From: Chromera velia
Lineage: Eukaryota
DNA: 55,203 nucleotides
Direction of reading: 5' to 3'
Assembly (NCBI GenBank): GCA_018398765.1
Contig: JAHBMJ010000155.1
Span: forward strand, 1-55,203
The notes under the pieces are model-generated. The model did not search any database. It had not been told where the DNA came from and worked only from the letters and a program-made list of their open reading frames with translations. This document shows, one piece after another, positions 17,304 through 31,904 of this stretch (position 1 is its first letter; each line of letters opens with the position of its first letter). Position numbers and translations under genes: made by a program.

Positions 17304-20021
17304 ATGACGGCAGGGGAGGTCCGCGACGACGCGACGGCAAACACAATCGCCACGTCTGCCACCCCCAAGCCCCCAAAGATCGAAAGAGAGTTCAAACGCA
17401 CACCCACCGGGTTTGTGAAATGGTTTTTTTTCGTCTGCAATAGGAGGAGATCCAGTTGGAAGTTCGCGCAGTTCTACAGAGTTTGCGCGCTTGAGAACCT
17501 GCTCATGGCACTGGTCAGTCCGTGCTCACACTTGAAAATTACGTCTTTTGGTGCATGCACATGTAAGTCACGAACATGTAGTCGGGCGTATATATAGACG
17601 GAGCCTGGCACCAGAGCATGCATAGTGCGGGCCTTTCTCCGAGTGATAGTCTTGAGAGTCCCGTGCATGCATATTGACACTGAGCCTTCATGCAGGTAAG
17701 CTTGTACGTGTGGTGGCTGGTGGTGCATGCTGAGTTCAAAGACTCGGAGTGGCCTTTCTGGGACCACAAGCTGGACATGGAACTCTCCAAAGAGAGGAAT
17801 CCCTGCGGAGACGGGAAACTCTGGTGCTCCAAATGCACGGTCAGTCAATCAGTCCATCAGGCACGCAGCCACACAATTATTCCATACGGTAATCAGGCCA
17901 GCAGACAGACACACACGCAGAGAAGAGGCAAAGCAGCCCGTCATGCTCGCAGTCTGATGACAAATATGCAGATGACAATTCAAGGGCCAGGGCCTATATA
18001 TATGTATCATCATCATCATCATCATCATCATTATTACATCATCATTATTATTATTATTGATCGGTCTATAGGCCATCATGCAATGCATGAGTCATACGCC
18101 ATTATTATTAATCGGTCTATAGGCGCCATCGCCATCGGCCTATAAATAGGCGTCTAGCGTTCGGCGGCAACGCACGATCGAGGCAGTTCGGTTCTTTACA
18201 CCAGCAGTTCACTTTGATTTATACTTAATTCAAACCAGGATGCTTCTTTTCAAATATATATATATATATATATATATCTGTGTGTGTGTGTGTGTGTGTG
18301 TGAAGATGTGGACGGGCAGACATGCAGGGTGGCAGGATAACAAAATAGAAGACAGAGACACAAACAAGCTAAGGGGCAGGCAAAGCAAGAAGCAGACAAA
18401 GTGACCAGATAAATTCCGAGATACTTAGGGAGACAACCCAGAACAGAACATCTCTGTATACTTGCAGGGCATTTGTGTCAGCTGCGTGCCCTCAATATCG
18501 ACCCATCAAAACGCAGGGAGGCATCTGAATTGTGTGTTTGGCGCTGCCTCCCTCTGCCTCTGCGCTCCACCCTATTTCTCCCTCTCCCTCTCCCTCCCTC
18601 TCAGATTCGGGGTCTGTTCGGCTTCACGAAAGCTCCTTTTGGGACCTTTCATTTGCTTTTGGCCATGGTCCTTTTATGCGGCCTCCTCCACTTTTTGGAT
18701 GCCATGGTTGGTTGGATGGTTTGGGGGGGATGGGGGGGGACCTTGAGGACGCTTTCTCTGTCCTTGAGGCTTTCTTTCTCCTCTTCTCAATTCGTATCCA
18801 TTCAGTTAACTTGGGACGGGCTGCTTGATTTCCATTAGGAATAGATTTGAGAGAAAGAAATACCGTCACCTCATTAGTAGCAGCTGGAGGGAGGGTTGGA
18901 TCTTTGCTACCAGCGAAAGCCATTGTAGCTCTTTTTCTTCGGAAATCATATTTCTTTCTCTGTTTCTCTCTTTATCCCTCTGCGTGTGAGAGAGAGAGCA
19001 AAACAGGCAGAAAGAGGGTGTGTATGAAACAAAGAGAAGAAAAAGGCAGAAAGAAAAGACAGAGGAAAAAGAGAGAAGGAAAGTGCATTCTTGAGTGTCT
19101 GTGTGCAGATTTCGATCCTCCTCTACTTTTCTTTTTCTCACTTTGCCGACCTCCCCCGGAACCTCTTTTCTCACCCCTCTCTTCTCTCTCGCCTTCTTGG
19201 GAACCTTTGCAAAATCGGGTGGGTCGCTTGATTCATTCATTCATTCATTCATTGACTAGCGCATAAATAAAGGGATCATCATGCAGCCCGTTGACTATAT
19301 ATATGCATGAATGCATCGATGATGTGATTGGTGCATGCATGGAGTTTTTCCGCGGAATCAATCCTGCTGTGCCCCCTTGCAAGCTCAGGTCAGTAGAGCA
19401 ATAAGACCTCATGCAGGGAGGTGAAGAGGCGAACTGGCGATTTTCGTGTCAGAACAGAAGTAGGCTGCACGCTTCTTGACAGTGTGCACGCTTGCATGCC
19501 GTCTGGTCGCGTTTCCTTTTGTCTCTCAATTCCATGATCCCCTTCTCTCTCTGTCTAATTCATTCCCTTCTTCCTTCCTTCCTTCCTTCCTTCCTTCTTT
19601 CCTTCAGGCCTGGGGCGAGACGGACTCTGTGGGTTCTTCGTTTCTTCTTCGTCTTCCTCCTTCTCCTGATGCTCTTGTGGGGCGACATCTGCAGGACCAG
19701 ATGGAGGGAGTTCCCTGCACACCAAGCGGTCAGCCAGCCAGCCAGGTAGTGAGGCGGGGAAGGAGGTGGAGGGCAGGCAGGCAGGCAGGAAGGCAGGGAG
19801 GGCGGGATGGAATGAATCCACTGGTGAATGCCCGCACACAATTCCGCATGTGCATGGGTCCATGTGTGCAGACGTCTGTATGAGTGGGAGTCCGTCATGA
19901 TTTGTACGTGAATATAGCGAGCACCATTTCATTCAGGGCGCGTACGTAGATGCAGTGGGCGTGCAGCCAATTTATCCGTCGTGAACGGTAGCACACACAC
20001 ACATACACAGACACACACACA

Positions 20022-20061
<40 letters not shown>

Positions 20062-20789
20062 GGCGTATCTGCATCAATCCGGCCTGATGTTGGCATGCAC
20101 GCACATCCGCGTTTGTGTGTCTGTCTGCATGTGATTTTGTGTCCTGGCATGCATGTGTTTACATGCATGTATAGCATGTGTATGGGCACGAAGGAGTGCT
20201 TCTGTTAAGTCAGGCAAGGACTGCGCGGAGTCAAGACACATCAGTCGTTTACTGTATTGGCAGCTCAGCAAATGTTGAGAGAGCTCCCTCTTATTGATTC
20301 ATGCGCTGACTTTTTTTCTTTCCGCACGATGATGCAGATCGTCAACTGTCGTCGGTGGATGCAGAAGCGTTTGTATGTATGTGTTTTCATGTACGTATTT
20401 GTATGTATGTATGAAAATGAATCCGCATGATGCAGATCGTCAACTGTCGTCGGTGGATGCGGAAGCGTTTGTATGTATGAGTTTTCATGTACGTATTTGT
20501 ATGTATGTATGAAAATGAATCCGCATGATGCAGATCGTCAACTGTCGTCGGTGGATGCGGAAGCGTTTGTATGTATGAGTTTTCATGTACGTATTTGTAT
20601 GTATGTATGAAAATGAATCCGCATGATGCAGATCGTCAACTGTCGTCGGTGGATGCGAAAGTGCATTGCCATGGATGGAGAGGAAGAGTTCCAGCATTTC
20701 AGGGAGAGAGAAAAAGTAAGTAAGTAAGTCCATGCACAAATCAGTAAACATTCACACACACACAGACAGACGTGCAGACAGACTTGCAG

Positions 20790-20867
<78 letters not shown>

Positions 20868-20947
20868 NCACACACACACACACACACACACACACGCAGA
20901 CAGACAGACAGACATCCAGACAGACACAGACACATACACACACATAT

Positions 20948-20997
<50 letters not shown>

Positions 20998-23900
20998 AGA
21001 GAGAGAAAGAGAGAGACACGTACATACGTACATGAATGGATACTTACGTCCGCTATGCCCTTCCCCAGGCATATCAACTGCCACCGTTCCAAAAATAACT
21101 GGAAGAGTGTGTGTGTGTCTGCACACTTTATTCTGATTAGAAAGAGGCAAGTTCGCGAGACTCTCGATCACACCTTCACTTTCTCATGCTCATGCCTGCA
21201 GCCCTACAATCGGAAGGAGCCGGGAAAGGACCTGAAGGTTCTCTCTGTCGACAAGAAAGAGAGGCAACGCTGGTGTGAGTCGCGATCGAGAGAACTTCAT
21301 TCCTAGTTGAGATCCATTCGATCTCTTTCCGTCATTTCTCTTCCCGTCACTTCACTTCATAGACATGCACAGGAACCAACCACTCCGCGTAGACGTGCAC
21401 TGCCAGTGGAACGACTGCATGCATGATAGCCCCCCCAATTTTGACTTCTGTCCGCCCACCTTTTTGCCGTGGCTTGCAAGAGTGGGCAGAAAAAGGAAGA
21501 CCCGATTTTGTTCCTCAAATGAGGCAGACAACTGATCGCAGGCAGACGTCTCTGTCTGGTGCGCGTTCCCGATCTCCGAATGTCTTCAGAACAAGGCATG
21601 TATTGACCTTCATAGAGAATTCTGTAATGCATCAATGAAAAAGAGTTCTGTATGAAAATCAATGCAGGTCAGGCAGACGTCTCTTTCTGGTGCGCATTCC
21701 CAATCTCCGAATGTCTTCAGAACAAGGAGGGCGCCCACGGGGAAGTGTGCGAGTGGCCAGTGCAGGTGTTGCACCGCAATCAAAAAAATCCGGTCAAGGA
21801 GCTGCAGTCATTAAACATTGAAGGCGACATCTGCTCGGGATGGAGAGGACATCCGGTTCCTGGAAACGATCTTCTGCGAGGCTGGAGACTTCTTCACGGG
21901 GACTTCTACGACGATTCCTCCACAGAGACTGACTGTTGCGAAAAGAGGAGCAGAGACAGACAGGCGTTGATGTCCAAGAGAGATCCCTTTGGGTTAGGAG
22001 GAGTAAACGGAAAGGTGAAGGACCAGTTTGATCTGAATGAGAGGAAAATGAAAAGGTGCAGATCTTTCCAGGGGATGAAGGAAATATTTCAGGATTCCCT
22101 CATAGAAGACATTTGCGCCTTAGATACCCCCCCTCTTCTTCAACAGTCGCCTTCTGACTTCCTCCAACTGATCTCTTTGAGTGTTCCGCCTGAAGAATCT
22201 GAATATCAGCAGATGCAGGAGAAGACAATGGCGGGAGAGCCCCCCCCTGCCCAGCAGCACACTTACACTGCTAATGAGGCACAGCAGGCGCAGCAGAGCC
22301 TTGAGGGAACTCAGAGGCAAATGATGGCATCGCAGCCCCCCGCCAATCAAACCATTAGCCTTGAGCCAGGTAAAAAGCCCCCAACCGGATACGTCTCAGA
22401 TCAGGTCGTGTCTTCAGAAGATCAACCAATCCCTGTTGATCCAACAGACCCCTTCCCTCCTTCCGCTCCTTCCTCATCACCAGCGACCCCCTCAGAAGAA
22501 GAAGAAGAAAAGACTCAGAAGACGCTCCCCCCACGCACGGAGTCCGCACAGCAGGAGACAGACCCGCACCCTGCCCCCAACCCCCCTTCCCCTTCCCCTT
22601 CTGCTGCCCCTCCAATCCTCCAAAGTCCTCCCGCGCAACAACTACAAGAAGCACAGGCTGACAGCAGCTCCTCTCCCTCAACTCCAGCAGATGTCCCCCA
22701 ACCGAGTCCCCCCTCCCCCTCCCACTCGTCTCTGATCCCTCCTGCCCCCAACTCATCACCAGCTCAACAACAGACTTGGCAACAGACACCGCCAATGCAA
22801 AACGGCATGCCACCCTCCCCTCCGGAGGCCGCAACGGGATCCCCCCCTCCCCCTCCATCCCCTCAATCCGCTCCCGCAGAAACCCTGCCAGATTCACCAC
22901 CACCAGTCGACTTCCCCCCATCTCCTCCTCCTGAGGGCAACCTCGAATCCCCTCCCCTCCCTCCTTCCCTTCCCGTCACCCCTCTCCCTCCTGAAGAATC
23001 CCCCCCACCCCAAACAACGCAACCAGAAAGCGTCAGACCTTCTCCCATCTTCCCTTCGCCTCCTTCTCTCCAAGGGCCCCCTTCCCCCGCGGTTCCTCTC
23101 TCACCCCCTGTCCCTCAACCCCCCCCTGCAGAAACCCCCCAAACCAGACAACCAATTTCGGACGATCATCTTCCCCTTTCCCCTCACTTCCTCATTGTGG
23201 ACGTACCACAGGGCACACAAAGTCTTCCCAACNNNNNNNNNNNNNNNNNNNNNAACCCAAGAAGCCCAATCAGCCGAATCTGACCCCGAGCAGTCTCCCT
23301 CCCAGGCCCCCCCCTCTCCTGCTGGATCCCCAACAAGACGAGGGCAATGCTAAAGAGCCCGAGTCTGTTTTGGATGAACAAGTCGATCTCAACAATTCAT
23401 CTGGGACTTTTAGAAGCCCAAGAGAAGATAAGGCAAGCCAAGAAAACAAAGTCCAAAAAGTAGAGCAAAACGAGAAGTCGAAAGGCAAGCCCCAGTCCAC
23501 AGAAACAGAGACAGAAATCTCAGCAGAAGATACAGAAGAAGCCAACGCAAAAAGGTCAGCCGATGCAACAGGAGACCCATCAAACGGTTCACATAAATCT
23601 CCATCAGAAATCCAAAACTACACCGACCAGCCTCCGCCTCCCCCCCCTTCCTTGAGAGAGGCACCGCCGAAGCCCGTCTCCCCGTCTCCGTCTGACTCCC
23701 TCAAGTCGACAATCAGAGGAGGAAGAAACCCTGTTATCCCAAAATCTCGAGGAAAGGAGAAAGCCCCCAAAAGCAAAAGCTCCAGATCCGACCAGCAAGA
23801 CGGTGACCTGACGTCAACACCAGACGCGTGCACAGACACCGACTGCGTCCCTTCGCAAAAAGAAGAGACACCTGTGGACAAAAAGGAAGACGAAAAAGTT

Positions 23901-25188
23901 GAAAAGAAAGAGGCAGACTACGAAAAGGCGAGGAATGTATGGCATGCAATGACGAAGAAGCTGTTGGAGCAGAGAGAAAAGAGTCAACCGACAGAGGACA
24001 CACAAAAATCACAACAAAAGCCTGGAGGGGGTCCAGCAACCAAAGAGGAAAAGCCAACGGCCCCCGAGAAAAAAAAAGACCAAGCCCAAGAGGAAGAAAA
24101 CAATAAAGAAGAGGGACAAACCAAAGGAGAAGTAGAAGAAGAAGAAGAAGAAGAAGAGGACGGTCAAATCGAAGGTGCACAGGGGGGGGAACTTCAACCC
24201 CGACCGAGATCGCCCAGCTTTCGGACAGCGCGCAGAGGTTGGAATGAAGGAATTGTCGTCTTCTTCTTCTTCTTTTTTTTTCTGTGCAGACACAGACACA
24301 GTACAGATGCCGATACTCCCGACAACATAAAAAGACATGCTTTTCAGCGTTGGGATGCCTTTCTTACAGCCTACATGCTTCGCAGCTTGCCCCAGCTCCC
24401 GTCTATCTGCCTGCCCGCTCTCCTGTCTGGAAGTCCGTGAGAAAACCCCCCTCGTTTTCCGATGATGGTGTCTACATGCATGTACACTTCCTTGAATGAA
24501 CCGCATATGCAGGTATACAGTCAGCATGTGCATGCGTCGATGTCTGAATGAACACGTCGATCGGTGTACGTTTGCAGATCGGTTCTCTGACGGGAAGGCG
24601 GTGAGGCGGCAGTTCAAGAGGAAGAAAAAGGAGGAGGAGGTGATCAAGAACAATAGCCTGATTGAAAAGATGAGGGTCCTGGGGGTCAGTCAGTCAGTCA
24701 GTCAGTTTCTTTCTCCGTCCCTCAGCTGGTTCTTCTGTGATGTCATTTCATGAGTGTATGGTGATGGTGTACACACAATTAAAGAAGTTTCTCATGCATG
24801 CAGTTTCGGAGAGAATGTGAATGAGTGACACGATCGAAGCAGAATGAAACTCCGCGTATGTAATCACGTCTCCTCTTCCTTCCCCTTGGGTTCCTGCATG
24901 TTGTTCCTTCCTCGCAATGATTGACTCAATAGCACAGAACTGATTGATTGTGCTGCTTTGCATGCTTTCCACTCGCCCTAGCTCCATGAACGTACACACC
25001 CGAATGATCGAGAGAGTGAGTGAGTGAGTGAGTGAGTGAATTGCAGATGATTGCCGTCTCCAACGCGATGATGAGAAAGACGTCAGAGGAGGTGTTGAGC
25101 ACGAACAGAAAAAACTTTCGGGACAAACTCTTCAGACAGACCATGAGAAATGCAGAGTCAGTCAGTCAGTCAGTCAGTCAGTCAGTCA

Positions 25189-25223
<35 letters not shown>

Positions 25224-25358
25224 AGAGAAGCGTCACAGTCGTGATTGCCGTCTGTTCCCGCGCCTTACTCCATCGACAGTGCTTCGTTGCCTGTCTGCCT
25301 GCCTGCCTGCCTGCCTGCCTGCTTGCCTGCCTGGACCTCTGCGCTTTTTTCTGCCTCT

Positions 25359-25396
<38 letters not shown>

Positions 25397-26142
25397 CTGT
25401 CTGTGTGTCCGTACCTCGATCGATGCACTTTACTGCTGTCTCCCTGTATCAATCCGTGTTTGGGTGCATGGCTCTGTCGACTACTTTCCGTTTTTGTTTC
25501 TATCTTTCACTTGCTCTCCTACTTCTGTTTTCTGACTCAACCGCCCGCCCCTCCAAGCAGAGACGTGAAGATAGATCGGAGGCTTTTGAGGGAAAATTTC
25601 ATCAAGGCACGCACGGGACGCCGAGAGACGGACAGTTTGAGCTCCTCGGAAGAGGGACACTCAGGAGAGGAAATCAGAAGACTCTCCGAGGGGTTCGGGC
25701 AGTGTCCCGTGGACTACCCGGGGCTTCTCGATTGGAGATCTGGTCGGTTGGTCGGTCGGTCGGTCGGTTGGTCGGTCGGTCGGTCGGTTGGTCGGTCGGT
25801 TGGTCGGTTGGTCGGTTGGTCGGTTGGTCGGTCGGTCGGTTGGTCGGTCGGTTGGTCGGTTGATCGGTTGGTCGGTTGGTTGGTCAGTTGGTCGGTCGGT
25901 CGGTCGGTCGGTTGGTCGATTGTTGTGAATGGGCATGCATGTGCAGGGAGAGAGAGAAGGGCCATTGTCTTTCTTCTCTATTTGGTTTTGCATTTTCTTC
26001 TCTCTCTCTTTCTGCACTCCGTCTTTTGTGTATATGTTTGGGCTTTTTCCCTTTTGCACTCCTCGCTGCTTCGATCCTTTGATGTGTCTTCCATTGCATT
26101 TTTTTTTTCTCTCCAGGCGGCTTTTCTTTCTTTAAGTGTTGA
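17304..26142 (+). CDS. Large multipass membrane protein: ~4 N-terminal hydrophobic helices, a Cys-rich region and a long Pro/Ser/Glu low-complexity region
   Basis: Exons 17304-17513, 17696-17839, 18605-18706, 19109-19218, 19608-19728, 21202-21274, (21363 or 21668)-24432 with an N-gap at ~23233-23253, 24578-24684, 25047-25156, 25561-25742, 26117-26142. Phases are consistent and the protein ends GGFSFFKC*. Confidence 0.65.
20321..20657. repeat. Intronic 98-bp tandem repeat (~3.4 copies)
   Basis: GATGCAGATCGTCAACTG recurs at 20331, 20429, 20527 and 20625. Confidence 0.9.
21539..21727. repeat. 58-bp direct duplication flanking a 73-bp imperfect hairpin insert
   Basis: 21539-21596 matches 21670-21727 with 3 differences. 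Insert arms are CATGTATTGACCTTCATAGAGAATTCT and AGAGTTCTGTATGAAAATCAATGCAGG. Confidence 0.85.
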
Positions 26143-28646
26143 CGGCAAGGCAGATCGAGAAGCCAGTTTTTTTTTTTTTCGTTTTTTATACGGCGCGTCT
26201 CTTCGCGCGTCTGAAGTCGAAGTGAACGGTCAAGGACACACAAATGACATCATAATAACTGTAGAGTAAAAACAAAAGGTCAAACGTTTGCTTGAGCTCC
26301 CTGCAGACATGAACGCAGCATTAATACGTCAGGCAGTGGTATAGCGAAATTGTATTAGATGACCAATACGTCGAGCATAGTACACACATAATTAACGACT
26401 TGGAATGCGCTCATGCAGGGCATAAGCCGGAGGACGTTGGCGCAAGCAAGCTGTGGAAGCTGCTCAACATGTACGCGTGCGCAGGTCAGCATATGAATGT
26501 GCAGAGTTGAATTGAGATCAAGAGCGGAGGATGTGCATGCATGCATGGAGGATGCAAGCAGTCGACTGATCGAGGTAGAGACATGCATACAGAAGTGAAA
26601 AAAATCAAGATCGTCTGCGGACTTACGATGAGCTGATGCTGCCCCCAGGAGCAAGGAGCGATCCATTCGGTCTAATGTCCCTCCCGCAACCCGCTCGAGC
26701 GCCTCAGTGGCAGTTGCCTGTTGAAATAAAGCATGCAGCTGCAACACTTTGTTTTGAACACGACTTCTGGATGGGGCGTTCTGTAGATGATATTTATTCG
26801 CTCTCATGTGTGATACGGGTCTTTCGTCTTATCGTGTGATTTCTTTCTCGTTCTTCCCACTTCTCGCAATTCGTATGCATCTGCGCAAGTGTACGCATGC
26901 ATGCATTAATTTGTATGCGTATTTGTCTGAATGGCCGAATGCATGCATGCAGCTCTGCTAATCTGGTTGATCAACCGTGTTGTGGGGGTGTACTTCGCAA
27001 GTGGAGTCACGATGGACGCCTGCTTCCACAATTCCTCCCCCAAGTCTTACACGTCCTTCTGGGTCTCCCTCTCTCGGTTCATCGGGCCGTGATAGTAGTA
27101 CGTCTCTAACTTTGTTCTCTCTCTTTCTTTTTTTTCTCTTCGTTTGTCATGCAAGAAACAGAAAACAGGGTTGACTGATAAAGGCAGAAAGAACAAAAGG
27201 GGGACTTAAAGGGAAGTGTTCCGATTGCCTCTCAAAGGATCAAACGGACGGGCCATGAGAGAGCGAACGAATAATTAAGCAGTGAGATGGATTTGGGGAA
27301 TGAGAGAGGATGAGAGAGAGTTTAGAAGGATGACAAGGTTCATCAAGAAAGAGGAAAATTAAGAAAGGGGGGAAGGAGGAAGAAAGTCCCCAAGGCACTT
27401 ATGAGCCAAAATGGGAATACAAAGAAAGAAAGGAAAGACTAAGGAACAGCTTTTTTTGGAGAAATTTATTAAGAAAGAAAGATTACCTGAGCGTACGACG
27501 GCTAAGGACTCGAGCAACTCTGATGCTCTGAGTCGGAAGAGAGAGAGCAGGCCGGACAGACAATTCATTCAACTTGAATTTATGCATTTGTCTGCTCCCA
27601 GAAGTGGAATCGCAAATAAGTGACGGCAGCTGATCGTTGACAGGGATTACCGTTTAAGTGCTTTTGTCGACAGCAAAAGCATGCCAAAATCTGAGTTATG
27701 CAATAACGTAGTTAAAGGTCTCGCTAACACCTCTTTAGCGATAAATTGGCGTTTATCCACAAGTGTGTATTAAGCTAGCATTTGAACTGCAAAAACTAAT
27801 CCAAAGGTCGTGGGGTGGTTAAAAAAAAAAAATTACCCAAATTTGATCCTGATATACAAAAAGGTAATAGACAAACATGAGTATTTTATTATTTTAAAAC
27901 TTCAAAATATTTTTTAAAAAAAGTGAGCATTCAATGCAATTTAATGCATGTAAAAAATAGTAAGATATAATCTAAAGTTATTGATTATAATCTAAAGTTC
28001 ATGTAACATAATTTTACACATTGTCTTTAAATATAGGTTCAAATGTTGTTATACAATGCAAAACAAATATCATTAAACAATAAAAAACAAATTCACAAAG
28101 TGGTCTATTATTTTTTACTTAACGAATAATTTTTTTATATAAGTTTTTTTTTTCTCAAAAAAATAGAAAAGTTCCCCCCCCCCAAACAAAAAGATTTAAA
28201 AAAATCTAGAATGACCGTTATATTGTTTTTTGCTTATGCAATTTACTGTATAAGCTGGAAATAGTTTAAATGCCTCTATAGATTTTCTGAAAAAATTTTC
28301 TCTTATAAATATGTGTAACTAAATGTACTGGTAGTTGATGATAATAAGTGATTTGAATTGAGGTCACTCCTAAGGTCACTCTATATAGTGTGCTTAAGGT
28401 GTATGCTCGGTCTCGGTAGATTTCCATCCACCATGGGGCTGTGGCTATCCACTGGGATACACTCCTTCGGAGTCAGTCCCATACCCCATATGCATGTCTG
28501 CTCCCCCTTCCACTAGGGCAGTCTAAGGTGGACCTCCGTCCGGCGTGTGTGCTTAAGAATAAAGCGAAGGGGTCGCCTAATCTTACGTACAAGCCTTCAA
28601 ATGCCCCATGGAACCTAGGTTGTATAACAAATTTCTGTATGGCATG

Positions 28647-28725
28647 CTAGGTTAGCCAGAGCCTAAGAGGTGGCTCACCAGCTTTAACCTAACTCATTCA
28701 TTCATTCATTCACTTATTCATTCAT
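28647..28725 (+). mobile_element. 3' terminus of a non-LTR retroelement (stem-loop followed by a (TTCA)n tail)
   Basis: CTAGGTTAGCCAGAGCC..GGCTCACCAGCTTTAACC followed by (TTCA)n, homologous to 1803-1862. The body probably extends upstream to ~28390. Confidence 0.5.
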
Positions 28726-29205
28726 AGATAATTAAAAGTTGTTTCAGCCTACTATAACCACTGCAGTGATTATTCGTCTGTCGCAACTGGTCCTAAGACT
28801 TCCAACATTTTTTTTCCACCTTTTTTAAACTGGAAATTTATATTACTCAGAAATTCAAACGTTTTTAAACTTAGTGTTTTGCAAGTTTACTTTGCAAAGA
28901 GATTGGAAGGTCTAGGAAGGTTTGTTGAAGATTTTTGGGGGGAAAAACCGGATTTAACACATGAGATTAGACATGAGAAAGAGAAGCAATTAATTGTAAG
29001 CGCTGCGGCGATACATGTTGCAAATGGTTGCAGTGTTGCATCTATGCATGTTGCATCTATATTAATATGCAGGATCATCCAGGTATGTATGATGGAGCCG
29101 GTTGGGGACAGATAACACAATTCAATATATGGCATTCAGCATGTATTCAGAAAGGCATAAACTAGGATCGATGGCTTAGTCCGGGGAGGGGGGGCAAAGC
29201 CATCA

Positions 29206-30445
29206 TTGCGCTTGCAGCAGAATGACTATAACAGATGGATAGGACCTATACTTAGGCAACCTGTCCCAACACAGGACCAGAGAAACAGAAAAGCAGCCCT
29301 CGAAATCAAGCCGGGAGAGCTTCGATTAATGGAAAAGGGACTCTATGGGATGCCCTACTCAGGCAACATCTTTAACAAAAGCCTTGCAGGAGTCCAGGGG
29401 GAGGCAGGATATGAACAAATGGAGACAGAGGTGGTAGTCAAAAGAGGTAAGGCAGGTGAGCCCGCTGTAGATGTCCAAATCAATTAGATTGATAATGTAT
29501 TTGGGGCAAGGAAGGGTAGGAAAGAGACCACAGAAGAAATTGCATTCCTCAAAAGCAGGTTTAAATAGAGACACCTCTCCGAATTTCCCTCTGATGCCAG
29601 TATCAAGTATGCTGGCATAGAGTCTGACTTCTAGCTTTTTTTTCAATGAGACAGTTGAGGTGTCTCAGGACTCGTACAGCAGGGGAGTTAACACAGATGC
29701 CCTTTGGAGAACGATCGGAGAAAAGAGAAAGAAGGGGGAAGTGAAAGCCACAGAACTCGAACCCACAATCAAAATGGAGAAGGAGGGGGGATTGGAGCCG
29801 CTCATGCGGAGTATCAATGGTGTGTTGCTTTGGATGGTGTGCACACGACTTTCCAGACGTGTCTGGGCAGATAAGCTCGGTTGCCACTCCACCCGACCAT
29901 ACAGGAGAGTTGTCAGAGCAGCAGTCAGGGTCCTAAAAATACTGAAGGAGAAGAAAGAGCCGATCTGTCTGCGGGTACTGAAACAATTCAAAAGAATCAT
30001 GCTAGCTATGTTGGGTGATGACAGCTCCTACTCCAGAACGACCTATAGTGGAAAGTTGGGTTGGATGATATTCCTGGTTGAAGAAGGATCATGGAGCCCA
30101 AAGACAGCGCTGTAGGAAGCCAACCTATGGCAGAACATCATAGCATGACACACTGAACGCCATAACCATAAACATGGGAGTAGTACAGCAGCAGAAGCAA
30201 CTAGCTTCGAGAGTGTCTTCAAGCATCTTCCCCGTTTGAAGACACTCGTAATCTACCTGTGGGGTCAGGAACCGAAGGTACAATTCTTTATTGATTGCAA
30301 CCCATTCTTCAAACAGTTGAGGACGGGCATAGCAGCAGACGGTACCTCACAAGGGATGCTTGATTTCATCATACAGGAATTCAGATGGACCAGAGGGTCA
30401 GCAACTTGGTGCAAGAGAGAGATCCAGATGGCCAACGCTGACTAA
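29206..30445 (+). mobile_element. Degenerate Ty1/Copia RT-RNase H remnant
   Basis: Motifs EKGLYGMPYSG, *IDN (YVDD-like), YAGIE, MRSINGVLLW, DSSY, SSTAAEA, FIDCNP and QMANA, broken by stops and frameshifts. Confidence 0.85.
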
Positions 30446-31904
30446 GCCGTGTTGGCCTGGGAAGAAATTTTCATGAGCAGAGAAGAAGAAATGATAAAAC
30501 AAGGAATAGAGAAGAAATGTCATAGATCTTTGTAAGATGGAGGGGTAAGCAGAACGTGTAAGCAGGCTGGCACCGGCCAACCGGTCCCGCCACACAGCGT
30601 ATCTTCAGAGAGCCATGACTGAACACGTACGTATCTTGCAGATCAATGCATACAGAATTAATTGTATGCATACAAATGTATGTAAGCAGTAAATCGATAC
30701 AAACTGATGGAGTCAGATAAGTCAGAGACTTGATTGATGGTTGGAAGTAAAGTAGCCTTGCTTCACACATCTTCTGTAAACGAACACATATAAGTGCTGT
30801 ATGTGCTCAAGGGTAAGGGTGCCCCTAGACAAGTAGTGTCTAGCTCCTTCTATTTAATTTTTTTATTCATTTTTAATTTTGAAGCAGTCACTTCAAGTTC
30901 AAAGCTCAAATCCCAGCTGATGTACAAAAATAAAAAAATAAAAAAACTAATTCAGGTTTTGACCAAAATTTATTTATTTATTTTTTTACGTATGGGGAGC
31001 CTAGAAATATATAAATATAGAAACCACTCCTAGGATTGATATTATATATGTTATGTACACATGTTTTTGATAGTTTTTGAATACATCGTATCGATATTGA
31101 AGTTTTTTAAAACGGTTATATATATAATACTATAGAAAGATTTTTAATGAAAGCACGTGGGGGGAAAGAGTTTACCTAAGCCCCTACTTCCCCAAAGAGT
31201 AGGTAGGGGGGGGCGTCCACCTATGTTCACCTATATTTTTTTGAAACTTTAGAGGATATTTTAACATACTGTAACATAGTGAGTCAATATGATAGAAAGA
31301 TAAATGAGAGCCCCGTATTGAGTAAGTAGTAGACGGTTGTCTAGGACGGCTGGTTGTCTCTACTCAGTACATTGTAGTTGTTTGTGTGTATACGCATTGT
31401 CTCTACGTCTGATTCAGTCAATCTATATTCATGCACGTTTGGTTACATAATTTGACACCTTGACTAACCTTGACTAAGTAACTGACTAAGTAACTAAAAC
31501 TAACTAACTAACTAACTATTAAACTAACTAACTGTACCCTTTTTGGAGAATAGATCTTCGGTTTTGTCTTTCAAACTTCAAAGCCGTCGCGTATGAGGCA
31601 GTGATTGAAAACGGGGCGGGGCCGCGCGGGGACTTTGGAGGCCCGCATTTGCGGATCGAGTGCGTCCAAAACGCGTGGCATCCATGTCAAGTGTCGATTC
31701 CGGTACATGCACTGTCGATCAGACCATGCAAGCCCTCAATCATCGTCCCAAACGTACCAGAGTGCCATGATGGACTATCGAAGTAACAGTCAGCAGCCTT
31801 CCTGAAGCTGCATTGTTTTTTGGAGGAACTAGCGTAAAGTCTCCTGTAAGTTCTTGCCTGATTGTCGCACACTTCAACAGCATGGACGGATCAATTCTCA
31901 AGGC

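Noticed and set aside
20321..20657. CRISPR-like array (also 34673-35057 and 41038-41227)
   Set aside because: The spacers are not unique, no cas genes are present, and the context is eukaryotic intron.
23233..23283. Apparent frameshift and stop in the Pro-rich exon
   Set aside because: It coincides with an N-gap of uncertain length, so it is most likely an assembly artefact.
26960..27570. Possible minus-strand gene fragments (LETYYYHGPMN..*DLGEELW)
   Set aside because: There is an in-frame stop and I could not build a coherent exon chain.
30545..30790. 3' LTR of the plus-strand Copia remnant
   Set aside because: A purine tract is present, but there is no partner LTR or clear terminal inverted repeat to fix the boundaries.
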